20,041 nt of DNA, taken from the NCBI GenBank assembly GCA_000388065.2, contig KB932212.1. One strand, given 5' to 3'. The stretch comes from Fonticula alba ATCC 38817. Lineage: Eukaryota; Protista; Nucleariida. Positions within the stretch are counted from its first letter, which is position 1; each line of letters begins with the position of its first letter. The position numbers were made by a program, and so were the translations under genes. Shown here piece by piece: positions 10,378-19,501 of this stretch. The notes below the pieces were generated by a model. That model worked only from the letters and a program-made list of their open reading frames with translations, had not been told where the DNA came from and ran no database searches.

Positions 10378-13094
10378 TGCCGCCGGGTGGCGGCGGACTG
10401 CCGACCCCGGCCGAGCTGGCACCCGGCCCGGCCGTGGACCCGGCCACCGGGGCACCACTGGCAGAGGCAGCACCCCCGACAGGACCGGCGCCCGTGCCGG
10501 CGCCCGTGCCGGCGGCCGCGGGCAACACGGCCCCGGCCCCGGCCCCGGCCCCGGCCCCGGCGGCCGCCTGCGCCTCGAGGCGCGCATGGAAGCGCAGCCG
10601 CAAGCGCGCCACGCCAAATTGCCACGCCGAATAGAAGGTCCCCGCTTCGAGGACCACCTGGCGCAGGTGCTGGCGCAGGGCATTCGGATCGCGCAGCACC
10701 CGCTCCAGCATGTGCACCACCAGGCGCGACTTGAGGGCCACGAACTCCGCTCGCAGGGCCGGATTCAGCACCGGCACACTGTGCTCATAGCTCAAGGCCA
10801 GCTGGTCGGTGTCCAGCTCGCACACCCGGTCCATGTCCGCCTGCAGGCGGACCTTCCAGTCGGTTTGCCCGAAGAGCACCCGCTCCGCCAGCCCGGCCAC
10901 ATGGCCCACCAGCCCGCGCAGGAACCAGGCATCCTGGCTGGACACCGGCACCAAGATCCGACCCAGGTACTGCTCCACCAGGGCATTGACCACGGTCCGA
11001 TACGAGGAGAAGGCCGCCGAGGGGGAGGCCCGGAGACCGGCCCGCGAGGGCAGCCCACCGGCCCCGGGCCCGGCCGAATACGACACCGAGGCCACCGGCC
11101 CCAGGACCGCGTCGCACCCGCGCGTGGCATACCCCACCGCCTCCAGCAGCATGCGGCTCGACAGGCACACCAGCCCGGCCGCCTGCCCGAGGACCCCCCG
11201 CCGAGGGGCATCCCCGGCCGGGATGAACACCAGCCGGATGTCACACTCGGCCGGGAGGAACCCCTGGGCCAGGGCCGCCTCGTCGTCATCGAAGTCCTCC
11301 TCATCCGAGGAGTCCTCCAACTCGTCGGCCGAATCCGACCCCGAGTCATCCACATCATCATGGCGGTCATCCTCCCAGTCGGACTCCTCGTCCAGCCCCT
11401 CGGAGTCCGACGGGCCGGAGTCGCTCCAGCGCCCGGACCGCCGCCGCTGCCGCTGCTGCTGCTGCTGCCGCCGCCGCCGGTGGGCCGCCCGCCCGCGCCG
11501 GCCGCCCTCGTCCCCGGAATCCGAATACCGCTCACTGCGGTCCGAATCCTCGGACTCGAACCCCTCCGAGGCAAAGGGATTCCGCGGGTCATCGTCCTCC
11601 TCCTCCTCCGACCCGAGGGAGGGGGCCAAGCGCTGGCCGGGCCCGCGCGAGGGGCCTCGCCCGGCCGGGCCTCGCCGACCGCCCCGCCGCGGCCCGGGCG
11701 ACACATCGCGCGACCCGGCAGCCAGCCCGGACCCCCGGGACAGCGGCGAGGCCGGGCCCCGTCGGGCCAGCAGCTCGGTCTCCGATCGCCGGTGCCCGCC
11801 GACCAGGAGCCCCGATGCCCCGGCCCGCGACCGCGACCGCGACCGCGACCGCGACCGCGACCGGGCACCGCCACGGCTGCCGGCCCCGGGGCCGGTGGAC
11901 CGCGACCGCGACCGGCCACCCCGGCCGGCCCCGACCCGGCCCGGCCGACCGCGATCCGCCACATCATCATCATCGGTCGGCTCGTCGGTCGGGCCATGAT
12001 CCGAGTCGGTGGCCGAGTCGCCGGAGCTGTGGGCGCCCGGCCGCCGGGAGGGGTGCCCATCACGCCCGGGCATCAGGCCCGCGCCACGCCGGCCGGACCC
12101 GATGGACAGGGACTTCCGCCGGCCGCCGGGGCCACCGGGGCCACCGGGGCCGGATCCAGGCCCGCCGCCGCCGCCGCCGGCACCGCCGCCGCCCGACCCG
12201 GCCGACCCGATGCCCGGGCCGCCAGACCCGCCGGCCCCCTCGACCAGGAGATCCCCGGCGTTGGCCTGGCCGGCCGGCAGGTCCAGGGCCGATGCCCGGG
12301 CCTGGCGCGCCAAACGCGCGGCCGAGGAAAGATGCGCCGCGAAGGATGTCTGCTCGCGGCGGCGCTGCTTCACATCCGCCCCCGGGGCTGCCAGCCCGAA
12401 GAGCCCGAGCCCGGTGGCCTCGGTCAGGTCCGGCCGGAAGCCCGGCGTCGCCGCCCGGCCCAGGTACCCCCGGCAGAAGGCCGACACCCGGGGAGCCACG
12501 GCCAGCGTGGACAACAGTCGCCGGGGGCACACCCCGGCCGGCACGAAGGCCGACAGGCGGAAGCCCATGTCCGGCGCGCGTGACGCCCCGCCGGCCAGGC
12601 TGCCCGGCGGGTCTCGCGACAAAGGCAGCCGCCGCCCATGCCGGAAGCATGGCGAAAAGCCCAGCGGCAGCTCCACCGGCAGCAGGGCCCCTGCCACGAA
12701 GCCCACCGCCGATGCCGGCCGCGGGGTGGGGATCTCCGCCCGGGCAAAGTGCACCAGCTCCGTGTGCGACCCGGCCGGCGCGGGGCTCGCCCCCGGGCCG
12801 GGCCCCTCCTCCGGGGCCCCATCAATGGCCATGGCGGCGGCCGAATCGGCCGGCCCCGGCACATCGCCATCGGCCCCGGCACCGAGCACCGGCAGGACCT
12901 CTTCCTCCAGGGTGCCGGAGGCTACGGCGTCGCCGGCCAGCACGATGTTCGTCGGCCCGGTGGCCAGCGGCCCGGGCGACGCGCGCACCGACAACCGCCA
13001 AGTGCACTTCTGGGCAATGTCATCCACGCAGGGGAACCACTGGCGCGAGGAGCCAAGCTGGGCCAATGCAAGAGGGCCACGGGGGGGGGGCGTT

Positions 13095-13142
<48 letters not shown>

Positions 13143-16100
13143 GGAGGGAGGGGGAGAGAGAGAGAGAGAGAGGGAGGTAGGAAGAGAGGGAGAGAGAGAG
13201 AGGGAGGGAGGGAGAGAGAGAGAGGGAGGTAGGGAGAGAGAGAGAGAGAAAGAGAGAGGTAGGGAGAGAGAGAGAGGTAGAGAGAGGTAGGGAGAGAGAG
13301 AGAGGTAGAGAGAGAGAGAGAGAGAGAGAGGTAGGGAGAGAGGGAGAGAGAGATAAGCGCGCGCGCGCAACATGCCAGCCCCACTGTGGCAGCCGGGGGA
13401 AAAAAGGCCCGCATGCGTGGCCACCGGCCGGCAGACGCACCACGCTACTGGTGTAGATGTGTGTGATGTGGCCCCCTTGCGGGCAGCGCGCGGCCATCAG
13501 ACTGCCGGAGGCGCTGGCTTCCGGCATGCTGCCGCTGGCCAGCACCCGGAAGTCGATCTTGATGTAGAGCGACCGGAAGGCCCGCCGGGGGGTGCCCGGG
13601 CCCGGGGCACTGCCAGAGGGCCCGGCCGCCGGCAGCTCACCACGCAGCAGGAACTCGGCCGCCTGCCGGGGAAAGGGGACCTCCAGGTCGAAATCCTGCC
13701 CGTAAAACTCCGGCGACAAGACCGACAGGGCATTCTGCCCGGTCAGCGACCGGACCACGTCCTCCGGCGTCGGAGCCGAGGCAGGCGCTCGCAGGCTATC
13801 CCCGTACATGGGCGGTGAGAATGACATCGTCGGTAAGGGGAGAGAGGGAGAGAGAGAGAGAGAGAGAGAGCGAAAGGATATTGGCCCCCGGGCCCGGGAA
13901 AGGGCAGGCCCCTCATCCCGGCGCCGCGGGCGCGGCGACGGCAAGGCACAAGCGCAAGCAAGAGGGGCCACGCACAGGAATCCGGTCGGCCAACGGAGCA
14001 TGCGGCACTGGCCGAAGAGAACCTCATCCGGGTGCCCGGCCTCGGTGGCCTTGGCCAGGTCCACGATGTCGTCCGTGTCCCAGTGCCAGTCAGCCGGCGA
14101 GGCCTCCGGGCCGGGGTCCAGCTCGTCCGAGGCCGGGGTGGCCGGCGCCCCGGGCGGCACGTCGACCGCCATGTCCGAGTCGGTGCCCGTGGAGGGCCGA
14201 TCGCCGGGGCCGCCGGCCGTCGGGGCCTCCGTGCTCGCGGCCGGCGAGGCCACGACGTCCGGGCCATCCGACGCCGGCGGCGATGGGGGCGCGCCGGCCG
14301 GCCCGCCGGCCCCGGTCGGAGCCGCCACCGGCCCGCCGGACACCGATGTCGGCAGCTTCGGCGCCACCGGCCGCCGGGGGAGATCACACCAAAGGGTCGG
14401 CCGCGCTCCCGGGCTGGTCACCAGGCAGGTGACCCCGTCGATTTGCAAGCCGGCCCCGCAATGCAAGTTCAGCGATGGCTGCACCGACGAGAAGATGGGC
14501 AGCCCATCGGCCGCCAGGGCGGGAGCTGCCGGCAGCACAGCGGCCGGCCCCGACCCCGGGCCCGCCGCGGGGGACGACACCCCAGGGCCGGCCGGCGTCT
14601 CGGGGCCGGCAGGCGCACCGACGTCCGGGGCTGTGCCCGGGCCGGACCCCGGGGCCGCCGTGGCCGTCGTCGCCGAGGGGGCACTCACCCCCGGGACCGG
14701 GTCGGCCGCCGGGGCCAGGACGCGCAGCTCGATGATCGTCGATCCGGACAGCACCCCGGTGGCCAGATCCACATGCAGACGAAGGAACTGCGACCGGTGC
14801 TCGAGCTCCGCGTGCAGGGGGGCCGCGCCCTCGGGCCCGGGCCCGGCCGTGGCCGCCGGCTCGGCCGACGTCAGCAGCGGCACCACGTCCGACAGGGACG
14901 ATGCCACGGCCCCGGCGGTCGGAAGATCGACCGGCGCCGTAGGCGCTCCGGCGCCGGTCGCCGACATGAGGGTGCTCGGCGAGTGTTCGAGCATCAGGGA
15001 CATTCCCGTGGCCTGCGACAGGGGACGAGTCGGCCGCCCGACGGGAAGGGGACACGGAGGAACGGGTCGAGGAGGGGGGGAACCCAAGGCGGAGGGGGTG
15101 CCCGCGCGCGAGGGGCCCTGCATCGAAGGGGCGATGCCCAGCGACGCAGAAAGCAGGCGAGCGAGCGGGAGTCAGCAGTGGGGAAGAGGGGCCGCACACA
15201 CACACACACACACACACNNNNNNNNNNCTACTGGTGTAGATGTGTGTGATGTGGCCCCCTTGCGGGCAGCGCGCGGCCATCAGACTGCCGGAGGCGCTGG
15301 CTTCCGGCATGCTGCCGCTGGCCAGCACCCGGAAGTCGATCTTGATGTAGAGCGACCGGAAGGCCCGCCGGGGGGTGCCCGGGCCCGGGGCACTGCCAGA
15401 GGGCCCGGCCGCCGGCAGCTCACCACGCAGCAGGAACTCGGCCGCCTGCCGGGGAAAGGGGACCTCCAGGTCGAAATCCTGCCCGTAAAACTCCGGCGAC
15501 AAGACCGACAGGGCATTCTGCCCGGTCAGCGACCGGACCACGTCCTCCGGCGTCGGAGCCGAGGCAGGCGCTCGCAGGCTATCCCCGTACATGGGCGGTG
15601 AGAATGACATCGTCGGTAAGGGGAGAGAGGGAGAGAGAGAGAGAGAGAGAGAGCGAAAGGATATTGGCCCCCGGGCCCGGGAAAGGGCAGGCCCCTCATC
15701 CCGGCGCCGCGGGCGCGGCGACGGCAAGGCACAAGCGCAAGCAAGAGGGGCCACGCACAGGAATCCGGTCGGCCAACGGAGCATGCGGCACTGGCCGAAG
15801 AGAACCTCATCCGGGTGCCCGGCCTCGGTGGCCTTGGCCAGGTCCACGATGTCGTCCGTGTCCCAGTGCCAGTCAGCCGGCGAGGCCTCCGGGCCGGGGT
15901 CCAGCTCGTCCGAGGCCGGGGTGGCCGGCGCCCCGGGCGGCACGTCGACCGCCATGTCCGAGTCGGTGCCCGTGGAGGGCCGATCGCCGGGGCCGCCGGC
16001 CGTCGGGGCCTCCGTGCTCGCGGCCGGCGAGGCCACGACGTCCGGGCCATCCGACGCCGGCGGCGATGGGGGCGCGCCGGCCGGCCCGCCGGCCCCGGTC

Positions 16101-16786
16101 GGAGCCGCCACCGGCCCGCCGGACACCGATGTCGGCAGCTTCGGCGCCACCGGCCGCCGGGGGAGATCACACCAAAGGGTCGGCCGCGCTCCCGGGCTGG
16201 TCACCAGGCAGGTGACCCCGTCGATTTGCAAGCCGGCCCCGCAATGCAAGTTCAGCGATGGCTGCACCGACGAGAAGATGGGCAGCCCATCGGCCGCCAG
16301 GGCGGGAGCTGCCGGCAGCACAGCGGCCGGCCCCGACCCCGGGCCCGCCGCGGGGGACGACACCCCAGGGCCGGCCGGCGTCTCGGGGCCGGCAGGCGCA
16401 CCGACGTCCGGGGCTGTGCCCGGGCCGGACCCCGGGGCCGCCGTGGCCGTCGTCGCCGAGGGGGCACTCACCCCCGGGACCGGGTCGGCCGCCGGGGCCA
16501 GGACGCGCAGCTCGATGATCGTCGATCCGGACAGCACCCCGGTGGCCAGATCCACATGCAGACGAAGGAACTGCGACCGGTGCTCGAGCTCCGCGTGCAG
16601 GGGGGCCGCGCCCTCGGGCCCGGGCCCGGCCGTGGCCGCCGGCTCGGCCGACGTCAGCAGCGGCACCACGTCCGACAGGGACGATGCCACGGCCCCGGCG
16701 GTCGGAAGATCGACCGGCGCCGTAGGCGCTCCGGCGCCGGTCGCCGACATGAGGGTGCTCGGCGAGTGTTCGAGCATCAGGGACAT
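326..16786 (-). CDS. TAF2: Whole spliced gene: TAF2-like protein fused to four bromodomains and an RS-rich C-terminal tail (about 4,360 aa after collapsing the duplicated segment)
   Basis: Single-copy exons 15003-13976, 13795-13441, 13057-8875, 8679-5314, 4999-4677, 4441-3204, 2927-326 sum to 13,095 nt; every junction is GT..AG and phase-matched (2,0,1,1,0,2). TAF2-type motifs recognised by eye: HIYT..SRQWFPCVD..KCTW; NALVEQYLG..DAWFLRGL; WVRVDPDLQ..QWRNQLLMDSDAVAQLQAIRHL; LQRVLVDGRAFHRVRAAAA; NDFSDYSRYF. Confidence 0.88.
998..1097 (-). repeat. Coding hexanucleotide repeat encoding an (RS)n block
   Basis: Plus-strand GACCGC/GACCGG repeats translate on the minus strand as SRSRSRSR...WSRSRSRSWS. 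Confidence 0.9.
3204..4441 (-). CDS. TAF2: TAF2 coding exon 6: second half of bromodomain 2, linker, start of bromodomain 3
   Basis: TCAG acceptor at 4442; QILANAQYVNPPWSEIFRCSQEIE; CERILYAIRPLDTSGAFKFVHSDVAYQ; GTGCGT donor at 3203. Confidence 0.82.
4677..4999 (-). CDS. TAF2: TAF2 coding exon 5: end of bromodomain 1 and first half of bromodomain 2
   Basis: GCAG acceptor at 5000; YLMSLFRATW...RYFHDPV..TYYKIVRFGMSFSDIEKK; GTGCGT donor at 4676. Confidence 0.82.
5062..5143. repeat. Intronic poly-G homopolymer (poly-C in the pre-mRNA), about 82 nt
   Basis: Uninterrupted G run inside intron 5000-5313; length may be unreliable. Confidence 0.85.
5314..8679 (-). CDS. TAF2: TAF2 coding exon 4: C-terminal helical region, low-complexity linker, most of bromodomain 1
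   Basis: Within ORF 4994..8677; junction reads YFCIK-Q-VIAAAGTLRDSRYRLP; bromodomain motif SLAFRDPV..FYNSVVHRPICLSDV..FVSDIELIFANAFSYN; GTGCGT donor at 5313. Confidence 0.87.
5904..6020 (-). repeat. Coding 18-bp tandem repeat encoding QP(Q/E/K)SQP units
   Basis: GGCTGCGGCTGCGACT(T/C/G)C about six times on the plus strand. Confidence 0.88.
6873..6960 (-). repeat. Coding (AQ)n plus poly-Ala tract
   Basis: (GCCTGG)n and (GGC)n on plus; QAQAQAQAQAQAAAAAAAAAAAAAAAAAA on minus. Confidence 0.88.
8875..13057 (-). CDS. TAF2: TAF2 coding exon 3: M1-aminopeptidase-like core and start of the HEAT-like region
   Basis: Within ORF 8759..13414; CCAG acceptor at 13058 with GCTAAC branch-like site at 13092-13097; GTACGC donor at 8874; contains WFPCVD, NALVEQYLG and WVRVDPD..QLLMDSDAVAQ motifs. 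Confidence 0.9.
13098..13356. repeat. Intronic (GA)n polypurine tract, about 260 bp, with GAGAGAGGTAG subunits
   Basis: Almost purely purine on plus (CT-rich in the transcript), inside intron 13058-13440. Confidence 0.85.
13441..13795 (-). CDS. TAF2: TAF2 coding exon 2
   Basis: ATAG acceptor at 13796, GTGCGT donor at 13440; encodes LYIKIDFRV...HIYTSSV, which joins in phase 0 to LGSSRQWFPCVD. Confidence 0.78.
13976..15003 (-). CDS. TAF2: TAF2 coding exon 1 (downstream duplicate copy)
   Basis: Same translation as 15759-16786, offset 1783 bp. Confidence 0.65.
15218..15227. other. Assembly gap (10 N)
   Basis: Run of N. Confidence 0.99.
15228..15578 (-). CDS. TAF2: TAF2 coding exon 2, truncated upstream copy ending at the 10-N gap
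   Basis: Same sequence as 13445-13795 (LRAP...LYIKIDFRV...HITHIYTS); runs into Ns at 15227. Confidence 0.65.
15759..16786 (-). CDS. TAF2: TAF2 coding exon 1 (upstream copy)
   Basis: ATG at 16786 (MSLMLEH...), then HQFLRL-like segment EHRSQFLRLHVDLATGVLSGSTIIEL and LNLHCGAGLQIDGVT typical of the M1/TAF2 N-terminal beta domain; GTGCGT donor at 15758 (an alternative phase-2 donor near 15790 is possible). Confidence 0.7.
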
Positions 16787-16795
16787 TCCCGTGGC

Positions 16796-17008
16796 CTGCG
16801 ACAGGGGACGAGTCGGCCGCCCGACGGGAAGGGGACACGGAGGAACGGGTCGAGGAGGGGGGGAACCCAAGGCGGAGGGGGTGCCCGCGCGCGAGGGGCC
16901 CTGCATCGAAGGGGCGATGCCCAGCGACGCAGAAAGCAGGCGAGCGAGCGGGAGTCAGCAGTGGGGAAGAGGGGCCGCACACACACACACACACACACAC
17001 GTACGCAC
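16796..17008 (-). other. Probable 5'-UTR intron of the TAF2 gene
   Basis: GTGCGT donor at 17008-17003 (the local consensus), GCAG acceptor 9 nt before the ATG, 213 nt long like neighbouring introns; the adjacent upstream pyrimidine-rich sequence has no ATG that I could see. Confidence 0.45.
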
Positions 17009-17797
17009 ACAAGAGAAAAGCACAGAACAGGGAAACGACCAGCTCAGAGGAGATGGAGGAAGGTAAATCCGGAGACCAGGGAAGGGGGGGTGACAGGCGC
17101 CTGCCGGCTGGGAATGGCGGCGGCGGCGGCGGCAAAAGCAGCAACAGCAGCAGCAACAACAACGGCGGCGTCACCAGCGGATGGAGGGATAAGCAGAAGC
17201 CGACGCAGAGGTGAAGGAAGGAAAGGAAGAGGAGGAAAGGGAGGGGGGGGGGGGAGAGAGAGATTGGTTGTGTGAGGTGCGCAATCCCCACCTGGCGGCC
17301 AGCTAGTCGGAGCCCGATGAAGTACCGGTACCCGCCAACGGACGTGCACCGGTGCCCACTCTCGCGCACACCCCCTGCGCGGGAACCAGGTGCCGCCGAA
17401 GGGCCACATCCTAAATGACGGCACGTGCTCCATAACAAGGCGTGCCCACGCAAGGTGCCGATGGTGGGCATTCTCAACGGCCCCGGGGGGGGGGGGCGTG
17501 CAGCCGCATCTAACGCCCGCCCGCCGTCCGCGCGTCCGGCCGAGAGGCGGACACCATCACAAGGAAAAGCGGGCAATGATATTCGCCTTTTTTATTCTCC
17601 CCCGAGAATCGCGGCGGCGAGCAGCGGGGGGGGGGGGGGGGGGCTTCCCACGAGAAGCAGCACATACACAGGTGCACAGAGTGCGCGCGGGCGCATGGCC
17701 CTGGACAGTGAGAGATCAGAAGGAGGGGGGGGGCTGAAGGCATCCCATCATACAGGGGGCAGCAGCAGCAGCGACAGCAGCAGGGGGATGGAGGGGA

Positions 17798-18199
17798 CTA
17801 CTGCTGCGCCTGGGCGGAAGCCTGCCCGCTCGGGCGCTGGAGCCACACCCGATCCGGGAAGCCATACGGCGGGAGGTCCGTGTGCATGGAGGACCCGGAC
17901 ATGGACGACCCACTGCCGAGGAGGGAATCCTCGCGCGCGCGGCTGAGCAAAATCTTGTGCTTGGTCGGCACATAGTACACGGAGGAGGGGAGCTGGGAGC
18001 TGCCGCCGCGCCGGCGGCCGCCGGGCCCCTGCTCCTCGTCCTCCGAGAGGAAGGGATCGTCGCTGTCGGACCCGGTGTCCATGGGCGCGTCGGTGTCCTT
18101 CGGCCCTGCGGCCGGGGCGATCTGCAGCGACACGAAGCTATCCTCGACCGCGCGCATTTCAATGAGGTAGACACCGGCCACGATGTACTCGGTGTCGCC
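17798..18199 (-). CDS. PAF1: Paf1 probable last exon
   Basis: Phase-0 GCAG acceptor at 18200; GDTEYIVAGVY...VYYVPTKHKILLSRAR resembles the Paf1 Y...Y and YY.P....L.kR motifs; TAG at 17800-17798. The exact 3' end is uncertain. Confidence 0.72.
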   Translation of the reverse strand, partial: GDTEYIVAGVYLIEMRAVEDSFVSLQIAPAAGPKDTDAPMDTGSDSDDPFLSEDEEQGPGGRRRGGSSQLPSSVYYVPTKHKILLSRAREDSLLGSGSSMSGSSMHTDLPPYGFPDRVWLQRPSGQASAQAQQ

Positions 18200-18248
18200 C
18201 TGCGCACATGCGCGGCACGCCCGGGACCGGGAGGCAGTGCAGGGGGGG

Positions 18249-18818
18249 NNNNNNNNNNNNNNNNNNNNNNNNNNNNNNNNNNNNNNNNNNNNNNNNNNNN
18301 NNNNNNNNNNNNNNNNNNNNNNNNNNNNNNNNNNNNNNNNNNNNNNNNNNNNNNNNNNNNNNNNNNNNNNNNNNNNNNNNNNNNNNNNNNNNNNNNNNNN
18401 NNNNNNNNNNNNNNNNNNNNNNNNNNNNNNNNNNNNNNNNNNNNNNNNNNNNNNNNNNNNNNNNNNNNNNNNNNNNNNNNNNNNNNNNNNNNNNNNNNNN
18501 NNNNNNNNNNNNNNNNNNNNNNNNNNNNNNNNNNNNNNNNNNNNNNNNNNNNNNNNNNNNNNNNNNNNNNNNNNNNNNNNNNNNNNNNNNNNNNNNNNNN
18601 NNNNNNNNNNNNNNNNNNNNNNNNNNNNNNNNNNNNNNNNNNNNNNNNNNNNNNNNNNNNNNNNNNNNNNNNNNNNNNNNNNNNNNNNNNNNNNNNNNNN
18701 NNNNNNNNNNNNNNNNNNNNNNNNNNNNNNNNNNNNNNNNNNNNNNNNNNNNNNNNNNNNNNNNNNNNNNNNNNNNNNNNNNNNNNNNNNNNNNNNNNNN
18801 NNNNNNNNNNNNNNNNNN
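18249..18818. other. Assembly gap (about 570 N) inside a PAF1 intron, flanked by G runs on both sides
   Basis: Run of N within intron 18200-18906. Confidence 0.98.
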
Positions 18819-18906
18819 GGGGGGGGGCGGGAGCACCGGGTCAGCGGACGGGCCGACACAAAAGACGCCCACGGCCGGCGATGTTCGCGCGCGCGCGCGC
18901 GCGCAC

Positions 18907-19363
18907 CTGGTTCACGCGGGGCCCAACCGGCGTGCTAAGGGGGTTCTCCTTGAACCAGTAGAGGACCGACGGCTCGGCGGCCGCATGCGGCCCGAGCGCC
19001 TGGACCACCGGGTCGGTGTCGGGAGTCGGCCCGCTCGGCGGCGGCGCCAGGAACAGCCCCTCGGCATCGTACTCCGGCGGGCCGTTCGGCAGGAGGGTGC
19101 TCAGGACGGCCCGCGCGCCGGACCAGTCCGGGTCCAGGGGACGCGACCGGCCGCCGTCCGGCGGCCCGGCCGCCGCCAGCGCCTCCAGCGGGAAGATCGG
19201 CTCCGCTGCCACGGCCTTCAGGTGGGGCTTGGTCGGGTGCACCAGCGTGGCCAGCAGCTCCGACCCGGCCAGCGGGGCCCCCTGCTCCGAGTGGAATGCC
19301 TTGAAGGTGGACTCGATCAGGCGCTGCTGCTCCGGCAGCGAGAGGAGGTCCGACGGGTCGGCA
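18907..19363 (-). CDS. PAF1: Paf1 internal exon
   Basis: EQQRLIESTFKAF...VHPTKPHLKAVAAEPIFP resembles the Paf1 Ie.TF...HP.K...P..P motif; phase-2 ATAG acceptor at 19364, GTGCGC donor at 18906. Confidence 0.82.
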
Positions 19364-19412
19364 CTATCGGCGCGCACGCGCGCGAGCGCCAGGGGCCCCA
19401 AGGGGGGCCAGG

Positions 19413-19413
<1 letters not shown>

Positions 19414-19499
<86 letters not shown>
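19414..19499. repeat. Intronic poly-G homopolymer (poly-C in the pre-mRNA), about 86 nt
   Basis: Uninterrupted G run inside PAF1 intron 19364-19577. Confidence 0.85.

Positions 19500-19501
<2 letters not shown>

Larger units (their letters stand above)
13445..17000. repeat. 1,773-bp direct duplication (13445-15217 and 15228-17000) separated by a 10-N gap; probable assembly artefact
   Basis: Constant offset of 1783 between paired ORFs (13497/15280, 13743/15526, 13808/15591, 14469/16252) with identical translations; both copies end in (CA)n and abut the gap. Confidence 0.93.

Noticed and set aside
7937-12583. 1,548-aa plus-strand ORF (also 1949..4258, 5649..7694, 8133..8504, 10809..11999 and similar)
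   Set aside because: Antisense shadows. 7937..12583 and 1949..4258 are exactly in codon register with the TAF2 frame, where rare TTA/CTA/TCA sense codons leave no antisense stops; they cross the 195-nt and 276-nt (3n) introns, which fits the minus-strand model. No recognisable motifs.
8875-13057. Active M1 aminopeptidase or leukotriene A4 hydrolase
   Set aside because: No HEXXH or GAMEN motif; TAF2-specific C-terminal motifs are present.
13445-17000. LTR pair, transposon ends or CRISPR-like array
   Set aside because: The direct repeat consists of host coding exons, with no internal element, target-site duplication, transposase or spacer structure.
17292-17576. Possible extra coding exon upstream of TAF2 (ends ...LAGRQ, in phase with the 16795 acceptor)
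   Set aside because: Donor GTGGGG does not match the local GTRCGY consensus, the peptide has no TAF2 resemblance, and a better donor exists at 17008.
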